Positions 12,261 to 25,442 of a stretch of DNA of 64,000 nucleotides are shown one piece after another. How positions within the stretch are numbered: position 1 is the first letter of the stretch; each line of letters begins with the position of its first letter. A program made the translations under genes and the position numbers. The notes beneath the pieces were generated by a model. The model was not told the DNA's origin, did no database searches, and worked only from the letters and a program-made list of their open reading frames with translations. This DNA comes from Azolla caroliniana (Eukaryota > Plantae > Polypodiophyta): positions 12,834,001-12,898,000 of the forward strand of contig JBHGNT010000015.1 of the NCBI GenBank assembly GCA_043228905.1. The letters run 5' to 3'.

Positions 12261-14818
12261 TTAACTCTCTCTTAGATAATATATAATTCTATGTCTACAA
12301 ATTCATAGCATGTGTCCCCTCTACTTTTTATCTCTCCTCTCTCTTACTTTTTACACGAGCTTCTATACCCTTTCCACCCTTTCTTTTCCCTTTTCTTTTA
12401 CATGTGCAGAATTAATTGCCTTTGTGTGCACACACATTGCACATGCACATTTTGACCCCCCCCCCCCCCTTTTGCCGGTTTTTCCCACTCTCGAGCATGC
12501 CACATCACGACATCCACCCCCACCAAACCGCACATCCTCCGGTATGTGCCAAGAATGGTGGGCTGAGGGTGGTGAATAGTTCATTTCCTCCTCCTCATTG
12601 ACCCCGTGGCTTGTTGTTTGCTCGTCTTTATCTTCGTCAAGGTCATCGAGGTTTGGCTCCCTATCGTGTCACTTTTTGAAGATTTTGACCCGCTTGCCTG
12701 CTATTGGTACTGCCAACTTAGTCCCATCGAGTTTAGCAAGGTGGTAGGTGGCATTATCGTTTGCACTCGTTACCACGTACGGCCCGAACCATCGCTTTGC
12801 GAATTTGCGCATCGAGCTATGTTGATTGTCGAGATTGCTATCATACACAATCACCCAGTCTCCTTCTTCGATCTTCCGAGGGTGTAGTCGGTGTGTCTTG
12901 TCGAAGCGAGCTTTGTTACTTAGCCTAGCCGCTTCTAACCTCTCCTTTGACAACTCCAAGTCTTCGAGTCTTCTCTCAAGTTGCCTTATCCTTGTTGCTA
13001 GAATCTCTTCTCGACTCATCTCGTTCTCCCACGACATCGCTACCCATGACGCGATCGTGTCTTCAATGGGAATCACCGGCTTTTGTCCGTACATGAGTTC
13101 AGCTAGCATGAAACCTGTAACTGAGCTATGAGTTGTTATGTCGGCCCACAAGGCATAAGGTAGTAACCGAGGCTAGTTCCCGACACGCCCATCACAAGCT
13201 CTTACAATGGCTTTTACGATAGGCCCGTGTCTACGTTCTATCTTTCCATTAGCCTCCGGGTTATAGGCGGTCATGAGAGAGAGCTTCACTCCAAGTCGTT
13301 CAAAGAGCTCTGTAGCTTCGTGAGCGTTCAACTCTCCTCTATCAGCCACTATCTTTCCCACACATCTGTACTGGCAGATGACATCCTCAAGTAAGAATTT
13401 ACACACACCCGCCGTCATTTTGTTTGCTAAGGCTTGCCCTTCTACCTGGTTTGCTAGGTCTTCTCTTGCTAGCACCAAATATTTCATTTGGCCCACTCCC
13501 ATTAGCATCGAAACCAAATCCACCATCCATTTGAAGTGTATGGTGAGTGGGTAGGTCGGGTGCAACTTGTCCCTATGGCGTATGTTTGAGTGTATCTGGC
13601 AGCTTTCACACATCCCCCCGAAATGGGTGACATCCTTGTACATTCCCGACCACCAATACTTCTCCTTTCACTTCTCAAATGTTGTCCACGTTCCTCTATG
13701 GCCCGCCCAAGGACTCTCGTGGAACTCAGACACCAATGTTGTCTGGACTTCCTTTATGACCACTCGTTGTGGCGTCCTCGTCCTTCTCTTCGGGTGCCTC
13801 CAGAGGAATCCCCCTCGTAGGAAGTACTTGTACGCTTTCTTTCGGACTCTCAATGCTTCCACCTTCGACCATGCACTATCCATCGTCATTGAGCTTAAGA
13901 ACTTGCCAATGTGTAGCCACTCCCCTTCGTATTCACTTTCATTGAAGGCGTGGAATACTCGCACATCTCGATCATCTATAGACGCTTGGGCCATCTTAAA
14001 GAAGTCAAGAGCGACATCCTCATCTTCAGACACCATGTCGCTTTCGCCCTCGATAGCATACATTCAATGGCATTGTTCTTCCCTGAAATGTGGTGAATCT
14101 CTTCATTGATTTGATGTAAGCAATCCATCTTAGCATAGCTAGGTTAGGTGGTGCACATCCCGAAACCATCCCTAGGATTGGAAGGCAATCCATCTCTATT
14201 ACCACCTTTGACCCGATTAGGTAATCTTTATCCGCCTTCACTGCGGACATAATACCCCAAAGCTCACGTTTTACTTGGGCGTATCCTCATTGTCGCTCAC
14301 TTAAGACCTTGGCTCTGAACCGGATGGCGTAGCATGTACCATCCTCTCCTTCTTGGCTAATGACCCATCCGATCCTTGTTGGACTCGTATCTACCGTCAC
14401 ATAGATGGGCACCCCTTCCTTGTATACGGCTTTTCGTAAAGCTGGTGCCGCTACCAACATTCCTTTGAGCCTCTTCATTGCCTCTGTCTGCTCTTCCTCC
14501 CACTTGAACTTCCGCCCCTTCTTGAGTAGCCCATACAAGGGCTCGGCTAGGTGAGCGTAGTGTGGGATCCAGATGTAGTAGAATGCACAGGCACCAAGAA
14601 ATCGCCTCACCCCTATTTGCGATTTAAATTCTTCCCTCATGTTTGTGATGGCGTCCACCTTTGCCGGGGATGGCTTCCGTCCGTACGCCCCGCACAAGTG
14701 TCCCACCACAAGAATCTCCGGTTGGCCGAATGGTGATTTCTCACCCGAGAAGGTCAAGCGTGCATCTTCGAGTCTTTGTAGAACCTTCTCACAATCCGAG
14801 ATGTGATATGCCACAAAA

Positions 14819-17800
14819 TGTTGTAAAGATTTTCGCCAATTGTGTGAAAATTGAATGGAATGTACAAAATCGAGCGTGGTTATTCACACAAAACATAAAA
14901 CAATAATAGTGAAGATACTATTTTATACTAGTTTAATGTCTTGGTATTAAAAGATGGAGGTCTTCAAGAGCGCTTTCGAATACACTTTACCACATAAGAA
15001 ACGGACAACTAAATGGCAAGTTATGTGGGTATGAAGTTTGTGAAGAAGGAAAAAAAAAACAAAACTACAAGATATCCCAAATAGACAGGTCAAATAAGGA
15101 TACCAGAGCATATAAGCAGGGCCAAAATCTAGTAGTTTGTGTTTATGAGTGGATCATAGAATGTTCAAGGTGACTTGAGCTAAACTAATCGGATAAATGG
15201 GTGTGGCCTAAATACTTGTAAAGGTTTTGGCCGACCGGAACCAAACGGACACGGCGAGACGGCGACGGCGACCGAGACCGGGACCGGATGGCGACGGACA
15301 GGATCGGATTAGTCAATTGATCACGGTGCATGGTGTTTTGAAGATTTTCGGAACCAATATATTTACCACTAAGCCAAGTCATTTCCTTAGAAGTTATATT
15401 TTTATCATATGCATCCAAAAGGGAGATGAATCAAAGGGACGTGTCCGAAGCACGTCAAATCGCAAGCTTCATGAGAGTTGTTGCCAACAACATCCAAAGA
15501 CGCATCATCGAGCTTCAAGAAGGCAAGACAACGTGGTCAGAGTTTAAAAGATCAATATTAGCGGAGTTCGCGACGGAAGATTTTCGAGAATGACTCGACA
15601 TGCGTTGATGAAGTGGATAGAGAAGAAAAATAAGAAGATGAGCGCCTCGAGGGTATACGACAAGTTCGATCAGATGTTTAGTCGTCTCCCCAACACGAAC
15701 CAAGTGCTGTTTGAGGAGGACAAGACTTTGTACTTCTTGAAAGCTGTGGACATGAAGGATAGACAAGAATTGGGGACTCTTCTCGAAGATGATACCCAAG
15801 CAAACGGGCTTGTAGCAGACTGGATTGCGGTGAAGCGAGCGTGCAATAGGCTCGACAAGCGTCGTCAGTGGGTTGATGACACCGACTTGGCAGGATCGAC
15901 TGTCACGGAGAAAACGAGACAACCGAAAGTAGCTGAGCTGCCCAAACAAAGTAACCCTGAAGAAAAGAAGATTGATGACAACATCATCGAAGAATTGGTG
16001 AAGAAGTTCGAGATGGTCATGCTAGCCAACATGAATCATCGGGGCCCCAAAGGAAAAGAACCCTTTAGATGCGTGTGGTGCGATAGTATGGACCACATGA
16101 GAAGAGATTGCGCGAACCTTCGAGACGCCATTCGACAAAATATCGTATACATGGATGGCAACATGATATGCTCGAGTGAGACTAGAAGACCCCTACGGGT
16201 AAATTTCGGAAGAGGAGGAATGAAGAAAGCTATGGAAGATGTCGAGGCGACTCATGTGGATGCAATGCACGATGCTGCGTTGGCCGGAATAAGAGTCGGG
16301 AAAGACAAAACTGAAGCTGCGAAAGTGGGAGCAAAGTTTTGGTCTACCATTCTCGAGTATGAGAAGAAAGGAAAAGTCACTTCGAACAAGATAGAGCTTG
16401 CGGATCGAAGTGTACAAAGTATAACCGGATGGTTAGATCCGGTGGATGACAACACCATACTCGTAGAAGTGATGTGCGACAACCACGAGGTGTTCGTCAA
16501 AGAGTAGAGAAAAAGAATAGAAGAGCAAGGCCCATCAAAAAGGCATGAAACAAGGAATGCGAAAAAGAAGGAAGATGTAGAAACGAGTCGAGCTTTACAA
16601 ACGGAGGAACGAGAATCAAGCCGAAAAGGGGAGTCAAGCAAACGAGTCGAAGAAATGGTTCAGCCCGTGACGGTTGGAAGACAAGAACTATGCCTACCTA
16701 TAAGCTAAGATCGGACATAGAGCAGACGACAGACCTGAAGAAGATTCTCGAGGAACGCATTCTTGATAGCCACGTGACTTTGTCCTTGAGGGAATTACTC
16801 GGCATTACGAAGAAGGAGTTCCATGACACGATGGTGGACCTTGTGAAGAGAAAGAGGCAACAATCGGACGAGGAAGAAGAGAAGCCACTAAAAGCAAAAG
16901 AGAATGCCATAACAATGGCAAGAGACGAAGTCGATGAGGATATGGTGGACAACCACTATACAAGACCTCATTGGGCACAAGCAACAACGGAGACGTCGGT
17001 TAAGATCGGGGAGAAGAAAGAGACCGTGGTAGCCTTGATCGACCATGGCTCGGAGATCAACCTCATGTCAACCGACTTCTACAAAAAAGGAAGATGACCA
17101 ATTAATACAAACCACGGATGAAAGATTCACGTGGCAACAAAGGCGACAACAGACTTGTACGGAGCTTGTCCAAATGTTAAAGTCACGATTGGGGATGTGG
17201 AGATGGATCAACACTTCTTCGTACAAGAATCGACTTCGCAAAATGTTAAAGTCACGAAAGGAAAGCTACGAGTTGGAAGGGAGGATTTCCTCCTCCTTGA
17301 AGAGGAGTGAATGTTTCGTGACATGCTTGAGAGACATGGGAAGGCTTTCCAATTTTTCCCACAAGAAATCACATGTGTTGATACAAGGATGATAGAGCCA
17401 ATGGTGATCTTCACGGTGCCGCATGTGCCTTGGAATTTGAAACCAATACCGGTTCCGAGAGCACACCTACCGAAGCTGATCGAGCTCTTAAAGGAGAAGG
17501 TGAATATGGGAATTCTGGAACCGTCAAATGCTCCTTATTCTATAAGTGGTTCACAGTGCCGAAGAAGAATGGATCATTGTGATTCATCCAAGATCTTCAA
17601 CCCATCAACAAGGTGACAATTCGGAATGTTGGAATCGGTCCGAGCGTTGACGAATTTGCCGAAGCGTTTGCGGGGCGGTCCATCTACTCCATTGGCGATC
17701 TCTACTCTGGATACGACCAATTCCAGTTGGCGATCGACAGTCGTGACATTACAACCATGAGGACTCCGATCAGGCTCGTGCGGATGTGTACCTTGCCTCA

Positions 17801-20800
17801 AGGTGAAACGAACTCCGTGGCTCATATGGTGAAGGCCATGAACAAGGTCTTGAAGGATTGCATCCCAGACATCATGATGCCATTCTTGGATGATATTCTA
17901 ATAAAAGGATGTTCAGATGAGGAGAAAGATGAATCGAAAGATAAGGAAGGGTATAGAAAGTTCGTCGCGGATCATATGAAAAATTGTGAGAAGGTGCTCC
18001 AAAGGCTCGAAGATGTGAATTTGACATTTTCGGGAGAAAAATCCGCATTCGAGCAACCAGAGATCTTGGTGGTAGGTCACTTGTGCGGAGCATACGGCCA
18101 GAAGCCTTCACCATCCAAGGTGAATGCGATCAAAGATATGAAAGAAGAATGTGTAAACCAAATGGAGGTTCGAAGGTTCCTTGGAGCATGCGCGTTTTAT
18201 CATATCTGGATTCCGCACTACGCTCATGTCGCCGAGCCTTTATATGGATTGCTAAAGAAAAGAATGAAGTTCAAATGGTGAGACAAGCACACAAACGTGA
18301 TGCGAAGATTGAAGAAACTACTTCTTGAAGCTCCAGCACTAAGAAAGGCTGACTATACCGAAGGGGAGCCAATTTATGTGACTGTAGATACGAGCCCAAC
18401 CGGAATCAAGTGGGTCATCAACCAAGAAGGAGAAGATAATGCACAGTATGCCATCCGGTTCGGAGCAAAGGTTCTCAGCGAATGACAACGAGGATACGCC
18501 CAAGTCAAGCGGGAACTTTGGGGTATTGTGTCGGCAGTGAAGACGGACAAAGACTACCTGATCGGGTCAGAAGTGATAATTGCGACAGATTGTCTCCCAA
18601 TCCTTGGGATGATCCAGGATGTGCGACCCCAAATCTAGCTATGCTAAGGTGGATCGCCTATATCAAGTCTTTAAGCCTAGAAATCCGCCACATTGCAGGG
18701 AAGAAGAACACCATGGTTGACATGCTATTGAGGGCAAGATTTGAGAATGAAGGTAACATGGTTTTGGAAGATGAAGACGTCACCCTCGACTTCTTTAAGA
18801 TGGCTCGACTATTGGCGAAAGACAAGGGCACACTAACCCTCCACGCCTTCAACGAGGAAGAGTACGAAGGAGAGTGGTTACTGATCGGCAGATTCTTAAG
18901 AACAATGACGACGGATGCTTCATTGACGAAGGAGGTGTCTCTACGAATCCGGATGAAAACTTACCAATATTTCTTGAGGGGAGGATTCCTTTGGCGACAC
19001 CCAAAAAGAAGGACAGGAATGCCACGTCGAGTGGTGGTAAAGAAAGAAGACCAAGTGACACTGATGACTGAATTCCACGAGAGTCCTTGGGTAGGTCATA
19101 GAGGAACATGGGCAACATTCGAAAAGTTGAAGGAGAAGTACTGGTGGCCAAGCATGTAACAAGATGTACTCCATTTCGTGTCCACATGTGAAACTTGCCA
19201 AGTACATTCAAATATACATCGTCGTGATGAGCTACGACCGACATACCCACTCACCATACACTTCAAATGGATGGTGGATCTGGTCTCGATGCCAATGGGA
19301 GTGGGACAAATGAAGTACTTAGCTCTAGCAAGAGAAGACTTCACAAATCAAGTAGAAGGACGGGCCTTGACAAATAAGACGACGTCAGCAATTTGCAAAT
19401 TTCTACTCGAAGAGGTTGTCTGCCGATATGGATGTGGGAAAGATAGTGGCTGACCGAGGGGAGTTGGATGCACACGAAGCAATGGAGCTCTTCGAACAAC
19501 TAGGCGTGAAGCTCTCCCTCACGATTGACTACAATCCAGAAGTGAATGGGAAGATCGAGCGAGGGCATGGACCAATCGTCAAAGCCATCATACGAGCATA
19601 CAACGGTCGAGTCGGGAATTGGCCACGACTATTGCCCTATGCCTTGTGGGCCGACAGAACTACACATACTTCAGTGATAGGGTATATGCCAATGGAGCTT
19701 ATGTATGGACAAAAGTCAGTAATGCCCATTGAAAGGACGATCGCCTCATGGGTAGCGATACCATGGGAGAACGAGATAAGCCGAGAAGAATTATTAGCGA
19801 CACGGATAAGGCAACTTGAAAGGAGACCTAAAGATCTAGAAAAAGCGTGGAAGATGATGGAGGTAGCAAGAGTGAAGAACAAAATTCGGTTCGACAAGAC
19901 GCGTCGACTGCATCCCAAGAAGTTCAAAGAAGAAGATTGGGTATTGGTCTACGACAACAGCCTTGACAATCAACACAATACAACAAGAAACTTCGCAAGA
20001 AGATGGTTCAGACCATATGTAGTGATAAGTGTCAACGACAATGCCACATACCACCTTGTGGAGCTAGATGGATCAAGGTTAGCCATACCCATTGCGGGAA
20101 AAAGATTAAAGATTTTCAAGAAAAGACAAGACGAGGATCCTAACCTGGATCACCTCGACGATGAAGATAGTAGGACAGAACCTACAAACTTGAGTTATGT
20201 ACATGAGGACGTAGAGGAATCTTATTGATCACCCTAGCCGAAATCTCACACTCTCTCTTCTTGGTACGTACCGGAGGATGTGCGGTTTGGTGGGGGTGGA
20301 TGTCGTAAAGATTTTCGCCAACGGTGTGAAAATTGAATGGAATGTACAAAATCGAGTGTGGTTCTTCACACACAACATAAAACAATAATAGTGAAGATAC
20401 TATTTTATACTAGTTTAACATCTTGGTACAAAAAGATGGAGGTCTTCAAGAGCTTTCGAATACACTTTACCACATAAGAAACAGACAACTAAGTGGCAAT
20501 TTATGTGGGTATGAAGTTTGCGAAGAAGAAGAAAGAAAAACAAAACTACGAGATATCCCACATAGACAGGACAAATAAGGATCCTAGAGTATATAACCAG
20601 GGCCAAAATCTAATACTTTGTGTTTATGAGTGGATCATAGAATGTTCTAGGTGACTTGAGTTAAACTAATTTGATAAATGGGTGTGGCCTAACTACTTAT
20701 AATGGTTTTGGCTGACTGGCAATCGAAACCAGGACCGGATGGCGACAGACAGGATCAGATCGGTCAATTGATCGCGGTGCATGGTGTTTTGAAGATTTTC

Positions 20801-21340
20801 GGTGTAAATACAAGACTAAAAGCCTAGTTGTATTTTGTGTTTTAAAAAGGATGTGTACAAGGCTTGAACCTTGCACCTCCAAGATAGGAAGCAATATATT
20901 TACCACTAAGCCAAGTCATTTCCTTAAAAGTTATATTTTTATCATTATACTTTTACATGTAAATTCTCATACATGAGAGCTTAGATGATGACATGGCAAG
21001 TATGCATTTCATGCATTACGTGCATGTCTTGCACCCTCACATGCACCATATGCATGGGGGCATCTATAAAAGAGTGGAGGAATCAAGCAAATGAGACTAA
21101 TGAAAAATTTGGGAAAAATAAGAAACTTGTAATCCTATTGTTGATGTATCTTCTCTCTTAAATCTAAAGGTTAAAAGTTCAATCTTTATCTCAATATCTC
21201 TCTTTCGTCATATCAATCTCTCTCAATCTATCATTATAAATACTTTCTCGCTAAAGTTAGTGCAAACTTCGAATCCTTCCGGTCCAGGACCCCGGTGGTT
21301 CCGCCTCTCGATCCGCACGTAGGTACAGATCTTCACGACA
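14819..21340 (+). mobile_element. Gypsy element C (same lineage as A/B) inserted into the RT of B
   Basis: 5' LTR 14819 to about 15408 (its 3' part, PBS and gag start deleted). 3' LTR 20301-21340 (TGTCGTAAAG...CTTCACGACA). PPT 20284-20300 identical to that of B. Gag with CVWCDSMDH knuckle, protease LIDHGSEIN, RT DLYSGYDQF/PFLDD, RH, IN. B's RT (GCRR|FVAYH) is split at the two edges; no clean TSD. Confidence 0.9.
20844..20920 (-). promoter_or_regulatory. tRNA-like Pol III unit (A-box, B-box, T5 terminator) antisense in the 3' LTR of gypsy C
   Basis: - strand: TGGCTTAGTGG (20913-20903), 32 nt, GGTTCAAGCC (20870-20861) inside hairpin TGCAAGG/CCTTGTA, then TTTTT (20848-20844). Confidence 0.7.
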
Positions 21341-23839
21341 ACGTCTGCACCCATCCTCGTCCAAGGTTTCATCTTTCTCCGCTTCAAAGCACCCTTTTAT
21401 GGGGATGTCATCGAGGAATGGCATGGTGATGTCGAGGATGCAATCTCTCAATACCTTGTTCATTGCATTTACCATGTGGGCTATAGAGTTAGTGCCTCCT
21501 TGTGGCAAGGTACACATTCGCACTAGGCCGATAGGGGTCCGCATCGTCGTGATGTCCCTACTCTCCATAGCTAGTTGGAATTGATCATACCCCAAGTATA
21601 GATCACCGATCGAATAAATAGCCCTTCCAGCGAAGGCCTCGGCGAATTCGTCAACGCCCAACCCGACCCCTGCATTTCGAATTGTCACTTGATTAACAGG
21701 TTGTAGGTCTTGGATGAAGCGTAAGGTGTCGTTCTTCTTTGGCACAATGAACCACCGATTCGAGTATGGGGCGCTTGATGGCTCGAGGATACCCATCTCG
21801 ATCTTTTCCTTGAGTAGCTCAATCAACTTCAGGATGTGAGCTCTCGAAACCAGAATTGGTTTGATGTTCCACAGTACATGCGGCACCGTAAAGATCACCA
21901 TTGGCTCCACGATCTTAGGGTTTACGCACCCTATCTCAACCGACGAGAAGGGGAAAGCCCTTCCATGGCTTTCGATCATCCTTCTAAATCTTTCCTCCTC
22001 CCTAGGCAATAGGAAGCCACTCCCACCAATCCGAAGCTTCTGTCGCATCTCGTCGGTGAACCGGTGCCCTCTACCCAATGTGGCCTCCGACCTGTACCGG
22101 TGTCTCCGTTGTTGCTCTCGCCCAATATGGCCTCATGTAGTGACTGTCCACATAGTCTTCGACTTCCTTAGGAACCTCCGTTGACAATGCATTTACAATC
22201 GCGGGCTTTGCCACTTCTTGCTCCGTCGAGAGCCGCTCCCTCCTCATTAGGTCGATGATGACCTCGTGGAATTCTTTCTTGGCAATTCCGAGGACCTCTC
22301 GCAAAGTAAACTCTACGCGACTATCGAGGATCCTTTCCTCCACTATCTTCTTCAAGTCCGTTGCTTGTTCGATCTCCGAGCAAAGCTTGAATTTGGGGGG
22401 GTTCCCCTTCTCTTTCCATCTTTCGTCGCATGCTTGAGACTGGTTCAGTTCTTCCCTTCTTCATGCACCTCGAGTGTCGTATTTCCTTGATGGACTGGCT
22501 CCCTCATCTTTCCTACCTTCTTCTCTTCTACCATTACTTCGTAGTTTTGGCAAGCGGCTTCCACTAAGCCTGTCTTTTCTTCCATCGGATCCTTCCACCC
22601 AGTTGCTTCTTGGACCCTTCTTTCCGCTTCGTCCGCTTCTTCTCTTTTGAACTTTCCCTGAGAGAGGCGTCCAAGGATTGACGGCCAAAAGTCAAACTAT
22701 TTCTCCTCTTGCCTCCTCACCTTTGTCCCCACTCAGATCCCGGCCGACGCCGAGTAGTGGACGGCTTCAACATGTCGTGCTTCGGCCTCCTCCATTAGCC
22801 TTCTCATGCCCCCCGGCCTTGATTCAATCCCAAGGGGCACCTTTTCTCCGTCGAATAGACCCTATTGTTCCAAAGATAGACAATATCCCTTCTTAGGGCC
22901 TCTTGAAAGTCTCCACACTCCCTTCGTAGGTGGTCGGGATTGTCGCACCACATACATATTTGCGCGAACGGGGGACGTTGATCTTGAGGGCCGCCACTCT
23001 CTCTCCTAGCTTGCGTTATTTGGAGATCTCACACCATCTTTGTGAGCTCGTCTGTTGCCGACCCTCCCAACAGTGCTTCAACCACGTTTCTCTCGGGGAC
23101 GAACCTTGCATTTGCTTGCTCTCTTTCTTGAGGTGCTCTACCACCCCTGGGTTCGTGTGTCTCACCAATGGAACCTGTGGATGTTTGGCCGCTCAATGGA
23201 GACTCGTCGTTCCATTCTCTTCTCTTATCGAAGCGACTACAAACCCATTTTATCATAGCCCAATCCGTCGTGAGCCCATCATCAGTTTCGAGGAGGAGCC
23301 CCACCTTCTCTCGGTCTCGTGCAGCAACAGCTTTTATGAATAGTAGGACCTTGCTTGTGTCAAGCACCATCCTATCGAGAGTCGCGTGTCGCGCGAAGCG
23401 CTTCTCAAATTCTTGTAGAAGTGCCATAGTATTTCTCCCCTTGCCGGGAAGCTCAACCCACTCCATTAGATCCCTTTTCGAAATTCTGAGTGAGTCATCA
23501 AGGCCGTACTTCTCGAGGAGTCTTTCTTCGAACTCCACCCAATTGCAACAGTCCGCTTGGATCTCGAGTACCTCTGCATGGATACTCAGTGTTACCACTC
23601 TAGCGAATTCGGTTAGCCGCTTATCTTCGGGGATGTTTCGCATAAGCATTTCGGCCTTATAGGCATCCAAGTAGCTCGTGGTGTCTCTTCCATTGAACCA
23701 ACTCGTTGTGCTGACCACCATCTCTATTGCCTGGTCTAGGCCGGTGATGCCTTCTCAGGCATTTACCTAGTGTTCTAGCGCCACCGCCATCGCTTCAGCG
23801 AGTTCTCCTCCTCGCATCTTGGTTCTCCCTTACCGCCCT

Positions 23840-23857
23840 TTCATGTCGGGTTCACCA
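23840..23857 (-). promoter_or_regulatory. PBS of gypsy B, tRNA-Trp type
   Basis: TGGTGAACCCGACATGAA, identical to the PBS of A, 5 nt from the LTR end. Confidence 0.75.
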
Positions 23858-24154
23858 ATTTATGTCACGAAGTTTTGCACATGTGTGTTACTTGGGCGGG
23901 ACCACAGGGGGTTTTGGACTAGGGAGTACTGAAGGGACAAAGAGACCCGAGGTTTGCTTTACGACAATGCTACTTCCCGACCCCTTCTCGAGCAAGGGCT
24001 CGTTGCCCCTTTTTGTGAGGCCGATGGCTTTCGTTGATCACGACTCCTCGAGTTTTCGAGATCACCACATGAGCCAAGTGATCAAACGGGTACAAGCAAA
24101 GATGAGCACGCAAGATGAACGCACAAGGGGACGATAACACAAACATGAATGTCT

Positions 24155-24860
24155 GTACGTCTTTATGAGGAGGAGAGGTGCATGGGCATGCCCGAATGCT
24201 CCCTTGTCACAAGACGTCGAACGTACAAGGAAGAAACAAAACACACGCACAAATACTCGTACGCCTTTATGAAGAGGAGAGGTGCATGGGCATGCCCGAA
24301 TGCTCCCTTGTCACAAGACGTCGAACATACAAGGAAGAAACAAAACACACGCACAAATACTCGTACTCCTTTATGAAGAGGAGAGGTGCATGGGCATTGC
24401 CCGAATGCTCCCTTGTCACAAGACGTCGAACGTACAAGGAAGACACAAAACACACGCACAAATACTCGTACGCCTTTATGAGGAGGAGAGGTGCATGGGC
24501 AAGCCCGAACGCTCCCTCGTCACAAGACGACCGAACGTACAAGGAAGACACAAACACGCGCACAAATGCACGTACGTCTTTATGAGGAGGAGAGGTGCAT
24601 GGGCATGCCCAAAACGCTCCCTCGTCACAAGATGACCGAACGTACAAGGAAGACACAAACACATGCACAAACGCTCATACGCCTTTATGAGGAGGAGAGG
24701 TGCATGGGCACGCCCGAAACACTCCCTTGTCACAAGACAGCCGAACATACAAGGAAGACACAAGCATGCACACAAATGCTCGTACGCCTTTATGAGGAGA
24801 GGGGCATGGGCATGCCCGAAACACTCCCTCATCACAATACAACCGAATGTACAAGTGGAC
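24155..24860. repeat. ~104-105 bp tandem array (about 7 units) inside the gypsy B LTR
   Basis: Unit ctttatgaggaggagaggtgcatgggcatgcccgaatgctcccttgtcacaagac.. recurs at about 24161, 24265, 24369, 24474, 24578, 24683 and 24788. Confidence 0.95.
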
Positions 24861-25442
24861 GAGAACAAAGAAAGAAAGAAAGAAAGAAAAATACTAATGA
24901 TATTGGTTAAAGAAATAAATATGTGTTCGATTCCAACGCAAGAGGGCCCTTTATAAAATAGGGTTTGATTACAATGTGGCAACTTCTAGTTAACCACAAG
25001 CTCAACAAAACATAAATACTAAATGCCCTTAGAGACAAGAGCAAATCCGAACACGACAAAGACGAACACACGAGCACCACAAAAATGTTGATCCCAACGA
25101 ACCACGACCACTCGAATGGCGAGCACACGGGCTTGCAACGACGAACGGGGCGAAGCAACGTTGAACCCACGAAGCTCAAGCTCACGAGCACTTCGAGTGC
25201 CAACGCGAAGAAGACGAGCACGTGGCGATGAGGGGATGAAGGGGTATGAGATGAAGGGAAGTGGTGAAGATGAAGATGAAGAGCTCCGAAGGAAAAATGG
25301 CGATAGTCTCCTCCTCCCAAAATGTCCTCCCAAATGAGCCCCCCTCGACCTCCTTTTATAGGAAAAAAAGAAGGGGGGTCGCCAATTTTGCGTTCAATGA
25401 AAAAGGAATAAAAATCCTTAAATGACACTACGTTGTAAGACC

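Noticed and set aside
9554-12512. A single shared LTR of a tandem A-B array
   Set aside because: The two halves come from different LTR subfamilies and are separated by an unrelated gag fragment and a filler junction; a deletion fusion fits better.
14810-14830. TSD of gypsy C
   Set aside because: Only 1 bp of overlap is visible; a 4-bp microdeletion could explain it but cannot be shown.
20844-20920. Functional tRNA gene
   Set aside because: Acceptor, D and anticodon stems do not pair properly; kept only as a tRNA-derived promoter module.
24149-24982. Several repetitive ORFs on both strands
   Set aside because: By-products of the 104-bp tandem array; no protein signal.
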